Of a stretch of 64,000 bases of DNA, positions 26,410 to 35,397 are shown piece after piece. The stretch covers positions 2,878 to 66,877 of the forward strand of contig CAZAHL010000001.1 in NCBI GenBank assembly GCA_964484845.1. The letters run 5' to 3'. Each line of letters begins with the position of its first letter. Position 1 is the first letter of the stretch. This DNA is from an uncultured Chryseolinea sp. (GTDB taxonomy: Bacteria > Bacteroidota > Bacteroidia > Cytophagales > Cyclobacteriaceae). The translations under genes and the position numbers were made by a program. The notes under the pieces are model-generated. The model was given only the letters and a program-made list of their open reading frames with translations, was not told where the DNA came from and searched no databases.

Positions 26410-26940
26410 TTACTCTAACATTGGTTGATAATCGTCTGAGGGTCTTTCATGCAAGTGAGATTCCATGATAATGCGCGCACAGGTATTCCATCGCAAAATA
26501 GGATCGTTGTTCTCACCTTTATTAATCTCGTCTGCCTTTTCATAAAACTGCATGGCTTCACGATACCACATGTATGCATCAAAGTCAGCCCCTGGTAACG
26601 ATGAGCTTAGTGCAGCAGCGCCTTGACGCTCATGAATAATTCCAGTGTAATAAATTTTTGAATACTCATCTTTCAAACTATTCGCCAATTCAAGGGCTCG
26701 TTTGGAAGCTTTCGTGGACGACTGTTTGAACTGATCCGTGAGTGCTAATAACAAGACAACGGCAGCCTTTTGATTTCCCGGATCTATGTCCAACACATCC
26801 AGGCAAATGCTTTCGGCGAGTCGAGGCTGATTGAGGAATCTGTAATGTTCAGCTTTGCCCACGGCTGCATCAATGCTGTCTTTTGAAAGGGGCTTAAGTT
26901 CAAACTGAGGGGTTTCGGTTGATGGTGATACTATTCTCAT
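26410..26940 (-). CDS. Hypothetical protein, helical/TPR-like, last gene of the sdh operon
   Basis: 176-aa ORF, 24 bp downstream of sdhB on the same strand. No motif recognised. Confidence 0.5.
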   Translation of the reverse strand: MRIVSPSTETPQFELKPLSKDSIDAAVGKAEHYRFLNQPRLAESICLDVLDIDPGNQKAAVVLLLALTDQFKQSSTKASKRALELANSLKDEYSKIYYTGIIHERQGAAALSSSLPGADFDAYMWYREAMQFYEKADEINKGENNDPILRWNTCARIIMESHLHERPSDDYQPMLE

Positions 26941-26964
26941 GGCTCAAAAGCTTAGGTTTACGTC

Positions 26965-27705
26965 TCACTTACTAAATATACGGAAAAGCTTCATGAGGGG
27001 GTCATAAAACTTATCTGCAACTCTTTCTTTCAATGGAATAATGGCATTATCGGTAATGTGAATATTTTCAGGACAAACCGTTGTACAACATTTGGTGATA
27101 TTACAAAAACCAATGCCGTGTTCAGCTCTCAAATCTCCGGTTCGGTCTTCTATATCTAGAGGATGCATTTCAAGTGCTGCTGTGTATACCATGTGACGGG
27201 GACCAGCAAATTTTTCTTCCAAATGATGCTCCCGCAAAACGTGACATACATCCTGGCAAAGGAAACATTCAATACATTTCCGGAACTCCTGAACCCGGTC
27301 TATATCACTTTGATCCATTCGCCACGTGCCGTCAGGTGCATCGGGTGAACGAGGCTTGAACTTTTTTATTTTCTTTTTGATCCGGTAGTTCACCGATACA
27401 TCCGTTACTAAATCTTTGATCACTGGAAAGGCTTTCATGGGCTGAATAGTGACAGGCTTACCTTCCGGCATATCAGCCATTCGCGTCATGCACATCAACT
27501 TAGGATGTCCATTAATTTCGGCAGAGCACGACCCACACTTACCCGCTTTGCAATTCCATCGCACTGCCAGATCGTTGGCATGCTCTGCCTGAATCTGGTG
27601 AACGGCGTCAAGCACTACCATCCCTTCGGTAATTTCAGTTTTGTATTCCTGAAATTCGCCGCCGCTTGAATTTGTACGCCATATGTTGAATAAAACTTTT
27701 GGCAT
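26965..27705 (-). CDS. sdhB: Succinate dehydrogenase/fumarate reductase iron-sulfur subunit
   Basis: 246 aa with three Cys clusters: CKAGKCGSCSAEINGHPKLMC (2Fe-2S), CIECFLCQDVC and CNITKCCTTVCP. The start overlaps the sdhA stop (TAATG). Confidence 0.9.
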   Translation of the reverse strand: MPKVLFNIWRTNSSGGEFQEYKTEITEGMVVLDAVHQIQAEHANDLAVRWNCKAGKCGSCSAEINGHPKLMCMTRMADMPEGKPVTIQPMKAFPVIKDLVTDVSVNYRIKKKIKKFKPRSPDAPDGTWRMDQSDIDRVQEFRKCIECFLCQDVCHVLREHHLEEKFAGPRHMVYTAALEMHPLDIEDRTGDLRAEHGIGFCNITKCCTTVCPENIHITDNAIIPLKERVADKFYDPLMKLFRIFSK

Positions 27706-29525
27706 TATTTCATTTCCTCTATGATTTGCTGAAGGTCTTCCCGAACTTTCTGTTTCGGTATTTGCTTTACTTCCATATTGCCCGCTGAATCTTTTTGAAT
27801 ACAGATATTTACCTTTCCAAACACCTCACTCTTCTCCTGAAAGTCCTCGCGAAAGTGCCCACCGCGACTTTCCTTGCGTTCTTTGGCTGCCCGTGTAATC
27901 GCTTCAGCGACGGTTATCATATGTTTTAACTCCAGGGCTGTATGCCAACCAGGGTTATATCCACGATTTCCACCACAGCCCGCCCGATCCGCGCGTACAC
28001 TTAAACCTTTTATCTTATCAATGGCTTCATTCAATTCACTTTCAATCCGTACAATTCCGACGAGCTTATGCATCTCTTCCTGTAAATCGGTTTGGACTTG
28101 AAAAGGATTCTCAGCACCCGAGGTTGATCCTCTTTGAAATGGAGCCAGCGCCCACGTTGAAACTTCTTCCAGTTGTTCCTCGCTGATCTTACCCGCCTTG
28201 GATTCTTTAGCATACTTCGCCGCATATTCACCTGCGCGCTGACCAAATACCAGCAAGTCGGAAAGTGAATTACCTCCTAACCGGTTTGCTCCATGAAGAC
28301 CGGCTGCACATTCACCAGCTGCAAAGAGGCCAGGAATGCTCGTCATTTGGGTGTCGGCATCGACGCGCACACCTCCCATGATGTAGTGCGTTGTAGGACC
28401 TACTTCCATTGGTTCCTTCGTGATATCAACACCAGCTAGTTCTTTAAATTGATGATACATGCTGGGCAGCTTTCTCTTAATGTGCTCCGGCGCGTTTGAA
28501 ATTTTTTCTTTAATCCAGGCAATGTCCAGAAACACTCCGCCATGAGGCGATCCACGGCCTTCTTTTATCTCGCGCGTAATACAACGTGCCACATGATCTC
28601 GTGTTAATAATTCCGGTGGGCGTTTTGCATTTTTGTCTCCCTGCGTATATCGCCAGCCTTCTTCTTCATCCGTTGATGTTTGCCCTTTGTAAAGTTCGGG
28701 TATGTCATCAAACATGAATCGTCGTCCTTTATTATTTCGCAATACTCCCCCTTCGCCCCGTACTCCTTCGGTAATTAAAAGCCCACGAACACTGGGAGGC
28801 CATACCATACCCGTTGGATGAAACTGTACAAATTCCATATCGATAAGTTCGGCACCGGCGTGGTAGGCTAAGGAAATTCCACCTCCAGTACAATCCCAAC
28901 TATTGCTGGAGATTTTATAAATCCTGCCCATTCCCCCCGTTGCAATTATGACAGCTTTAGCTTGAAATATTTTGAAGCGACCCTTCTCACGATCATAGCC
29001 AAATGCGCCCACTACTTTCTCACCATCCTTCAACAAGCTTACAATGGTATACTCCTGGTAGATGTCTACCTTTTGATGAATCGCATGATCCTGTAATGTC
29101 CGGATCATTTCAAGTCCAGTGCGGTCGCCCACGTGAGCCAGGCGCGGATATTTATGTCCCCCGAAATTGCGCTGTAAAATTCTGCCATCTTCGGTTCTAT
29201 CGAATACCGCTCCCCAGGCTTCCAACTCTCTTACCCGATCGGGGGCCTCCTTTGCATGCAGTTCAGCCATCCTCCAGTTATTCAGGTATTGACCACCGCG
29301 CATGGTATCTGCAAAATGGACTTTCCAACTATCCCGATCATCCACATTAGCTAAAGCTGCGGCAACACCACCTTCTGCCATAACGGTATGCGCCTTGCCC
29401 AACAGTGATCGGCATATAACAGCAACGGAAACACCAGTACCTGCTGCTTCAATCGCCGCTCTAAGCCCCGCGCCACCGGAACCGATGACAAGTACATCAT
29501 GATTATATGTTTCGTAGTTGGCCAT
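27705..29525 (-). CDS. sdhA: Succinate dehydrogenase/fumarate reductase flavoprotein subunit
   Basis: The start is moved to MANYETYNHDVLVIGSGGAGLRAAIEAA (FAD dinucleotide fold), where its ATG overlaps the sdhC stop (TAATG at 29523..29527). Motifs: GKAHTVMAEGG, HPTG, RGEGG, ANRLGGNSL. Confidence 0.9.
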   Translation of the reverse strand: MANYETYNHDVLVIGSGGAGLRAAIEAAGTGVSVAVICRSLLGKAHTVMAEGGVAAALANVDDRDSWKVHFADTMRGGQYLNNWRMAELHAKEAPDRVRELEAWGAVFDRTEDGRILQRNFGGHKYPRLAHVGDRTGLEMIRTLQDHAIHQKVDIYQEYTIVSLLKDGEKVVGAFGYDREKGRFKIFQAKAVIIATGGMGRIYKISSNSWDCTGGGISLAYHAGAELIDMEFVQFHPTGMVWPPSVRGLLITEGVRGEGGVLRNNKGRRFMFDDIPELYKGQTSTDEEEGWRYTQGDKNAKRPPELLTRDHVARCITREIKEGRGSPHGGVFLDIAWIKEKISNAPEHIKRKLPSMYHQFKELAGVDITKEPMEVGPTTHYIMGGVRVDADTQMTSIPGLFAAGECAAGLHGANRLGGNSLSDLLVFGQRAGEYAAKYAKESKAGKISEEQLEEVSTWALAPFQRGSTSGAENPFQVQTDLQEEMHKLVGIVRIESELNEAIDKIKGLSVRADRAGCGGNRGYNPGWHTALELKHMITVAEAITRAAKERKESRGGHFREDFQEKSEVFGKVNICIQKDSAGNMEVKQIPKQKVREDLQQIIEEMK

Positions 29526-30301
29526 TACAATATTCTCCAATCTGTCCAAATGCCCATCGAGCAAAGACGCACATAAACATCTGCGAACATCACCCCAAAC
29601 AAACTGAACCATGCCCAATTCATATGCCCTCTGTTAAGGCAACTAGCACAGTCGTAAACTTTTTTCTGTACAGGTGATTTTGAAAGCCGGTCTTTAAATC
29701 CTCCTACTAGATGACGGAAAGAATGACATCCAAATGTATATCCCCCAAGCAACGTTGCATTGAGCGTCAATACTAATGTGCCCACCCCAATCCCAAATGT
29801 TTTTTCTCCTGTGACCGAATCAACGAACCACATTGCCTTCCATGCATCGTAAGCCAGAAGGATTACAAAGATGATTGCCAGGTAAAGGAAATAGCGATGA
29901 ATGTTTTGCATGATCAGGGGGAAGGAATTTTCACCCAGGTATGTCTTACGAGGTTCCGACACTGCACATGCAGGAGGGTCTGCCCAGAATGATTTATAAT
30001 AAGCGCCACGATAATAATAGCAGGTAAAACGCATGCCTCCAGGCGCCCATAAAATGAGTAAGGCTGGAGAGAAAGGTATTACTGCCGGCCACCACGAAGG
30101 CTTTGGTCCAAACCAGCTATGAGGAGAACTGCCAAAAATTTCAGGTGAATAAAAGGGAGAAAGATAGGGGCCGATTGCATAGTGCTCACCCTGAAAGGCG
30201 GCCCAAGTAGCATACACAATAAATGATGAGAGGCCCACCAGGACCAAAAGTGGACGGACCCACCACAGATCATTTCTTGAAGTAATGCCGAAAGTACTCA
30301 T
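29525..30301 (-). CDS. sdhC: Succinate dehydrogenase membrane-anchor subunit, single large anchor with Cys/His motifs (mycobacterial Sdh1 SdhC-like)
   Basis: 258 aa with about 5 TM helices. It is first in the anchor-flavoprotein-FeS gene order. It carries GCHSFRH and CASCLNRGH motifs. The assignment rests on context and topology. Confidence 0.65.
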   Translation of the reverse strand: MSTFGITSRNDLWWVRPLLVLVGLSSFIVYATWAAFQGEHYAIGPYLSPFYSPEIFGSSPHSWFGPKPSWWPAVIPFSPALLILWAPGGMRFTCYYYRGAYYKSFWADPPACAVSEPRKTYLGENSFPLIMQNIHRYFLYLAIIFVILLAYDAWKAMWFVDSVTGEKTFGIGVGTLVLTLNATLLGGYTFGCHSFRHLVGGFKDRLSKSPVQKKVYDCASCLNRGHMNWAWFSLFGVMFADVYVRLCSMGIWTDWRIL

Positions 30302-30390
30302 CAGGTTGCATTGTCTGGTTGAGCTTCAATTTATTTATGACGTTAAGGAAAAATAGGATGAAAAGCAAACGTTTGAAATGATCAAATTAA

Positions 30391-30440
30391 AGTATTTAAG
30401 GTGTGTTTGTGTTTACGTATTTAAGTTTCCGATTAACTTA
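30391..30440. repeat. Period-8 GTGTTT-type low-complexity block
   Basis: agtatttaag gtgtgttt gtgtttac gtatttaa gtttccga. It shares the exact 11-mer GTGTTTACGTA (30409..30419) with 24349..24359. It lies in the divergent spacer between sdhC and the crp-like gene. Confidence 0.75.
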
Positions 30441-30538
30441 ATGCCTGCAGCTTTATTGTATGGGTCCGACCGAGACAGGTACTTAGCTGTATGGATACAT
30501 ACCGTCAACTTTGGACTCGTATTTATATCTTCAGTTAC

Positions 30539-31102
30539 ATGGAGGAAAAACTAAGGGAACATATAGAAAAAATAGTGGCGCTGACTGATGATGAGTTTGC
30601 TTTTGTGTTCTCTCATTTCACTTTTAAAAATTATAAAAGACGGGAATTCCTTTTCCAGAAAGATGAAAGCGTAAAGTATTCTTATTTCGTGCTCTCGGGA
30701 CTTTTAATGTTGGCCTATGACGATGACTTAGGCAAGCAGCACATCGTTTCCTTTGCGATAGAGGACTGGTGGGAAAGTGATTTTCTGGCCTATTACACTC
30801 AGGCTAAAGCGACAATGTCGTTGCAATGCCTTGAAGACACCGATGTGTTATGCCTTTCGGTGGAAGACTATCAAAAGTTATGTGCAGGCCTCCAAAAGAT
30901 GGAGCATTTTTTTCTTAAAAAATCGAATTCTGGACACATTGGATCGCAGCGGCGAATCTTGTCTTTCCTTACCTCCAATGCAGCGGAGCGTTACGAACAA
31001 CTACTTAAACAGCACCCTTCTCTACCTCAAAGAGTGCCTAAAACTCTACTTGCGTCCTATTTGGGTGTTTCGCGCGAAACCCTTAGCAGGCTTTCCTCTT
31101 AA
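30539..31102 (+). CDS. Crp/Fnr-family transcriptional regulator
   Basis: The start is moved to MEEKLREHIEKIV (30539). It has a cNMP-binding-like domain (FKNYKRREFLFQKDESVKYSYFVLSGLL) and a C-terminal HTH (LASYLGVSRETLSRL). Confidence 0.8.
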   Translation: MEEKLREHIEKIVALTDDEFAFVFSHFTFKNYKRREFLFQKDESVKYSYFVLSGLLMLAYDDDLGKQHIVSFAIEDWWESDFLAYYTQAKATMSLQCLEDTDVLCLSVEDYQKLCAGLQKMEHFFLKKSNSGHIGSQRRILSFLTSNAAERYEQLLKQHPSLPQRVPKTLLASYLGVSRETLSRLSS

Positions 31103-31199
31103 CTTTATCTCCATCAGTTTGAAAATTGTGATGTTTGTCACGCAATCGAAATGTGTGTTATGCTCACTTTGCAGTGTACATTTTAAACAAATAAATCAT

Positions 31200-31589
31200 A
31201 TGGAAAAACGAATTATTAATCCATGGCAATGGCAGGATCAGCGCAGTTATGTGCAAGCCGTGGAAGTAAAGCAAGCAGTAGGCACGCTCTATATTTCAGG
31301 ACAGACAGCGGTGCATGCTGATGGTCAATCAAGTACTGACGATATGAAAACCCAATTAATGCTGACTATACAAAACCTGGAACACGTTATCAGTGAGGCC
31401 GGGTACGAATGCAAAAATATTGTGCGTTTAAATATCTATACAACTTCGTCAACAGAGCTCTTCACTTGCTTTGATATTTTTCAAGATTGGATAGCTAAGC
31501 ATGGTATTAAACAAGCAAGTACTTTGTTCGAAGTAAAAAGCCTATTTGAAACATTAAGAATTGAATTGGAAGCTACAGTTGTGAACTAG
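31200..31589 (+). CDS. RidA/YjgF/UK114-family protein
   Basis: 129 aa from ATG 31200; the longer track ORF from 30777 overlaps the crp-like gene in another frame. GTLYISGQTAV and NIVRLNIYTT are RidA-like blocks. Confidence 0.7.
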   Translation: MEKRIINPWQWQDQRSYVQAVEVKQAVGTLYISGQTAVHADGQSSTDDMKTQLMLTIQNLEHVISEAGYECKNIVRLNIYTTSSTELFTCFDIFQDWIAKHGIKQASTLFEVKSLFETLRIELEATVVN

Positions 31590-31599
31590 TCATTTAAAA

Positions 31600-31648
31600 G
31601 CTTTACGCACACATCAGCACCACATAAACACTTAAACACCTAAACACG
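31600..31648. repeat. Period-8 TAAACAC-type block
   Basis: gctttacgcacacatcagcaccacataaacac ttaaacac ctaaacac gc, read directly. It lies in the convergent spacer between the ridA-like and CE15 genes. Confidence 0.75.
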
Positions 31649-31657
31649 CTTATCCCC

Positions 31658-33058
31658 TCAATTGAAATACCTACCAGCAAATGTCAAAAAAGTTGCCCAA
31701 TTGGGTGCCGGAGTATGACCTCCGCTGTGCTGCCTGAAGGCAATATCTCCATCAATCAACGTAGTCTCTAATGGAGGAAACTCGGCTGTCCCTAAATCTT
31801 TTTTCCCAAGCAGCTTGTAAACCGGGCCCGCGTGTACTCCTGCAAGAAATATTCCTTTCGGATCAACCCAACCGTCGCCCTTATCTCCGCTACCCAAAAA
31901 AACAGGTCGTGGTGCGCAAAGAGCAATCAGGTCGTGACCATCCACAGGCAAGTCGCCGCCATTTAGAGGCCCGGCATATTTTATAAAGTTACCCGCTATC
32001 CAATGGTATTCTCCCGAACCTGCAACGTTCTCAATAATTTCACCATAATTCCTGCGGTTAATTTTTGCGCCACCTTCACCACATGAGCTTATGTAAGCAA
32101 TGGAAAATCGCGAATCGTAAGCCATTGTAACAGCGGTTGCTTTGCCATATCGTGAGTGACCCTCAATCCCAACACGTTTTGCGTTCACTGTTTTATCCGT
32201 TTCAAAATAGTCCAGTGCGCGGCTCGCTCCCCATGCCCACGCACGCAATGCGCCCCAATCATCAGGCTTACGTGTTTGTCCTTTATTCATCAATCCGATA
32301 ATACCTTCTGTTAAGCCAGCACCGTTATCTGCCTGAATGCTGGTTGGCAAGATGGTGGCATATCCCCAACCTTTGTCCAAAACTTGTTGCTGCCAGGTTG
32401 GACCAGTAGGCGCAGGGTTTGGAGCGGGAAACCACGGTGGACGAACAAACGAAAACTCCATTATAACCGGTACCGGACCTTTTGCATCTGCAGGCGTTGC
32501 CAACGTCAATTGGATATCGACGGTGATTTGTGGATAGGATGAATTATCAACATGTCCTATTATTTTTTTTGTGACAACGGGAATTCCTTCATAGGTTTCA
32601 TTCGTGGTGTTTACCACTTCCCACTTTATTTTCGGTGTATTTCCAGGTTGTCTTCCATAAATCTCACTATCGAATTCCTCTACAATCTCAGCCCTTCGTT
32701 GACTCCACCACATTTTGGCGGAAGTTACTTTCTTACCATTTTTCAATGTCAAAGGATCCGGCAAGTTGGGAAATGGATTTGCTTTCGACTCGTCATAGTT
32801 AGCTGCATTGGGTGCGTTAGGATCATTACCATTCGCTCCCTGCCGAATCGAATCAATGTTCAACAGTTTCATCATTTTCTTATGATCCTCAACTGATGCA
32901 TCACGAAGCTCAGCGAAGTAAGCATCCCGCTCCTCCTTCGTCATTGCGTTGAGGTCAGGTGTTTGGGCCACGACCTGAAAATGAGAAAAAATTGCAAGGG
33001 TTAAAGCTATAAGTGCGTTGCTCAAAAACTTAATAAAGGGTTTCATGAGTATGTGCAC
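31658..33058 (-). CDS. Carbohydrate esterase family 15 (glucuronoyl esterase)-like protein
   Basis: 466 aa with a signal peptide. The nucleophile context VGIEGHSRYGKATAV matches the G-x-S-R-x-G motif of bacterial CE15. The downstream CGEGG and HSGGHT blocks fit the fold. Confidence 0.65.
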   Translation of the reverse strand: MHILMKPFIKFLSNALIALTLAIFSHFQVVAQTPDLNAMTKEERDAYFAELRDASVEDHKKMMKLLNIDSIRQGANGNDPNAPNAANYDESKANPFPNLPDPLTLKNGKKVTSAKMWWSQRRAEIVEEFDSEIYGRQPGNTPKIKWEVVNTTNETYEGIPVVTKKIIGHVDNSSYPQITVDIQLTLATPADAKGPVPVIMEFSFVRPPWFPAPNPAPTGPTWQQQVLDKGWGYATILPTSIQADNGAGLTEGIIGLMNKGQTRKPDDWGALRAWAWGASRALDYFETDKTVNAKRVGIEGHSRYGKATAVTMAYDSRFSIAYISSCGEGGAKINRRNYGEIIENVAGSGEYHWIAGNFIKYAGPLNGGDLPVDGHDLIALCAPRPVFLGSGDKGDGWVDPKGIFLAGVHAGPVYKLLGKKDLGTAEFPPLETTLIDGDIAFRQHSGGHTPAPNWATFLTFAGRYFN

Positions 33059-33155
33059 TTATTGATTTTATAGTAAATCCATGATCCGCAAAATCCTACC
33101 AACGGAGGCTCAGCATCATTCTCTATCATAATTTGAAAGAGTACATCACAGATAA

Positions 33156-34541
33156 TTATTTTTTGTTTTTTAACGCTACCTCTAATCCCTTGGTCGTTGT
33201 AAAATACTTGGCAATCATGTTGGGCACTTCCCACGATGGCATATTTCCATTTTTCAAGTATTCCAGAAATTTTTCCGTTACACGTGCAAAATGCGCTTCA
33301 TGACCTTCCTTGTAAGTTTCGGGGATGACTACTTCCCAGCCATTTTTAGATTTTTTCAATTCAATTCCCGGGTATTTGGCGGCAACTGATTTAAGCTGTT
33401 CATTCAACGCGTTTTCATAGTTTCCATCTTTTCCGACGGGTTCAATGTAAAAGGTAGGTTTATAATTTTCTTCCTTATCCTGGCGAATGACGAGGTTTGC
33501 TTTTGTTCCCCGCATGATAGAATAATGTGTATCCGCTGTTCCTTCGGGAGCTTTGTATTTCCAGATCACGGATGTTTTTGCATGAACACCCCGCAGTTGG
33601 TAGTTAATCTCCCCGTTGGAAAATACTTTAAGCAATGTATCCGCTGTGATGTTCTTTTTTAAATAATCGGGGAATACATCTAGTTTTGTGATAGCCTTGA
33701 ATTGGGATAAGCCCATATCAGTTGACCAACGCTTAGCCGCATTAACCTGAATTTCAGTGGTATCAATAACTTGTTCCGGGAAACATTCCCATTGAACTAA
33801 ATCTACCAGGTGTGTCATCACATCCACGATTCCTTCCCCTTGTTGCGCCGCATCTAAAAACCACGCCGGACGCGTCAATACATTTCCGGAAACGTACTTA
33901 TAAAAATGATGGACGCTCTCTTTCGTAATAGCCGGATTTTTTGGCGTTCCCTTTTCAAGCACACCAAATACTTCCGGCAACATTGAAAATTCACGCTGAA
34001 GCAGCGTTGTTATTTCAAAACGCTCAGTCATGATATCATACAACAATAATTTATTTTTTTGAGCGATTTCAAAAGCTTGCTTTAATTGATCAAAACCTTT
34101 GTGGTCAATTGCCATGGGCTTATCGGCAAGGACATTGAATTGATTTTGCAAGGAAGTCAGGATGTATTCTGTTTTCTTTTTATTGTTACCGGACAGGACA
34201 ACGACATTTCCTTTTTTTTCCGAGATCATCTTTTCAAAGAAATCATCTCCGCTATATACCTGCTCATTCCAATTCGTCGGGGAATCGGTGCGTGTATTAT
34301 ATCCTGTAATACGATCGAGATAATAGTTCAGATCATTTCCTTCCGGCGCATACACATGCACGGTAGAATCCACATCTTCATAAGCAGTTTTCTGCACGAG
34401 AGCAGCATGAAAATGTCTTGGATCTAAAGTGACGAGTCGCACTGATTTGGTTTTCATTTCTGACGTTGATTGATCTGATTTTTTTGTGCAAGACATACAA
34501 AGGAGTAATGCGATGCCTACGGAGATAAAAAATTTTGACAT
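33156..34541 (-). CDS. Lipoprotein with putative-oxidoreductase domains (Rossmann-like N-terminus, 'oxidoreductase C-terminal' type)
   Basis: 461 aa with lipobox LCMSC. VRLVTLDPRHFHAALVQK near the N-terminus is characteristic of this uncharacterised oxidoreductase-like family, as far as I recall. Confidence 0.45.
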   Translation of the reverse strand: MSKFFISVGIALLLCMSCTKKSDQSTSEMKTKSVRLVTLDPRHFHAALVQKTAYEDVDSTVHVYAPEGNDLNYYLDRITGYNTRTDSPTNWNEQVYSGDDFFEKMISEKKGNVVVLSGNNKKKTEYILTSLQNQFNVLADKPMAIDHKGFDQLKQAFEIAQKNKLLLYDIMTERFEITTLLQREFSMLPEVFGVLEKGTPKNPAITKESVHHFYKYVSGNVLTRPAWFLDAAQQGEGIVDVMTHLVDLVQWECFPEQVIDTTEIQVNAAKRWSTDMGLSQFKAITKLDVFPDYLKKNITADTLLKVFSNGEINYQLRGVHAKTSVIWKYKAPEGTADTHYSIMRGTKANLVIRQDKEENYKPTFYIEPVGKDGNYENALNEQLKSVAAKYPGIELKKSKNGWEVVIPETYKEGHEAHFARVTEKFLEYLKNGNMPSWEVPNMIAKYFTTTKGLEVALKNKK

Positions 34542-34547
34542 AAGAAG

Positions 34548-35315
34548 TTATTCAAATTGAAAGGCAAAATAGGAACAAAGACCCTTACTATCATTGCGTA
34601 TGCCATGAGTAATATTCGACCCGATGTAATAAATATCACCAGCACCTCCTTTATATGACTCACTTCCCATCTCCATTTCAGTCTGATTGTCAATGACCAA
34701 TATAATTTCTTCAGCACGGTGTTTATGGGGATCATGGCTCCTCAGCCCCTCTTTTAAGGTAGTAACATGCATTTCAAATCTTTTACACATAGCAGTAGGG
34801 CGTTCAAAATAACTCCGGCCTCCACCACGAACCGTCGGTTTAAACGTAAGTTTATTCCAGTCTTTTATAAGCGATGCTCCCGAGGTCTTTGCCCGTGCTA
34901 AATCCATAGGCAATTTTGAACGGTATTTCATTACATAATATGTGCAGGAATCATTTTTGGTTTGTATTGAATATTTTTCACCGGGCATCAGCAGCGCAAT
35001 ACTCTCACCTCCAATTGACCAGGTAGAATCCTTAATTGCAAAATCGAGCGTACCTTTTTTTATAATCAGCAAGTGTTCTTCATTACCCGGAACCTGCAGT
35101 GCTATTTTTCGAGTCGATGGGAGAAGAGCATTGGCACTCATATTAAGATATTCCATGTCGTAGGTAGAACCTTCAAACAACAAAGCCGAATACAAATTCT
35201 CCTGTACCTTTATGTCAGGTTTCTTCCAGGAATACATTTTTGTTTGCACCTCCCCCTTTTGTCCAAAGGTCGAGACTGGCATTATAACAATTAGAATTAA
35301 TGCAATACTTTTCAT
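34548..35315 (-). CDS. Secreted bicupin-domain protein
   Basis: 255 aa with a signal peptide and two cupin-like halves. The second half carries HKHRAEEIILV...GDIYYIGSNITHGIRN. Confidence 0.6.
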   Translation of the reverse strand: MKSIALILIVIMPVSTFGQKGEVQTKMYSWKKPDIKVQENLYSALLFEGSTYDMEYLNMSANALLPSTRKIALQVPGNEEHLLIIKKGTLDFAIKDSTWSIGGESIALLMPGEKYSIQTKNDSCTYYVMKYRSKLPMDLARAKTSGASLIKDWNKLTFKPTVRGGGRSYFERPTAMCKRFEMHVTTLKEGLRSHDPHKHRAEEIILVIDNQTEMEMGSESYKGGAGDIYYIGSNITHGIRNDSKGLCSYFAFQFE

Positions 35316-35397
35316 GGGTGAATTTTAAAAATAGCCAACCTGTTGACCTGTTATTGGAAGTTAGTATAGAAGTTTTATTTGCCGTTCACTACCCTAG

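Noticed and set aside
29526-29618. N-terminal extensions in the ORF track. They affect sdhA (to 29618), the crp-like gene (from 30491), the ridA-like gene (from 30777), the FtsX permeases (from 14929 and 38298), FecR (from 42261), SusD (from 46710), the sigma gene (from 41590), the lipoprotein gene (from 10760) and the FG-GAP protein (to 57488).
   Set aside because: The extensions overlap upstream genes or begin at non-ATG codons. Internal ATG codons give the family-typical N-termini, signal peptides or lipoboxes. I therefore used the shorter coordinates.
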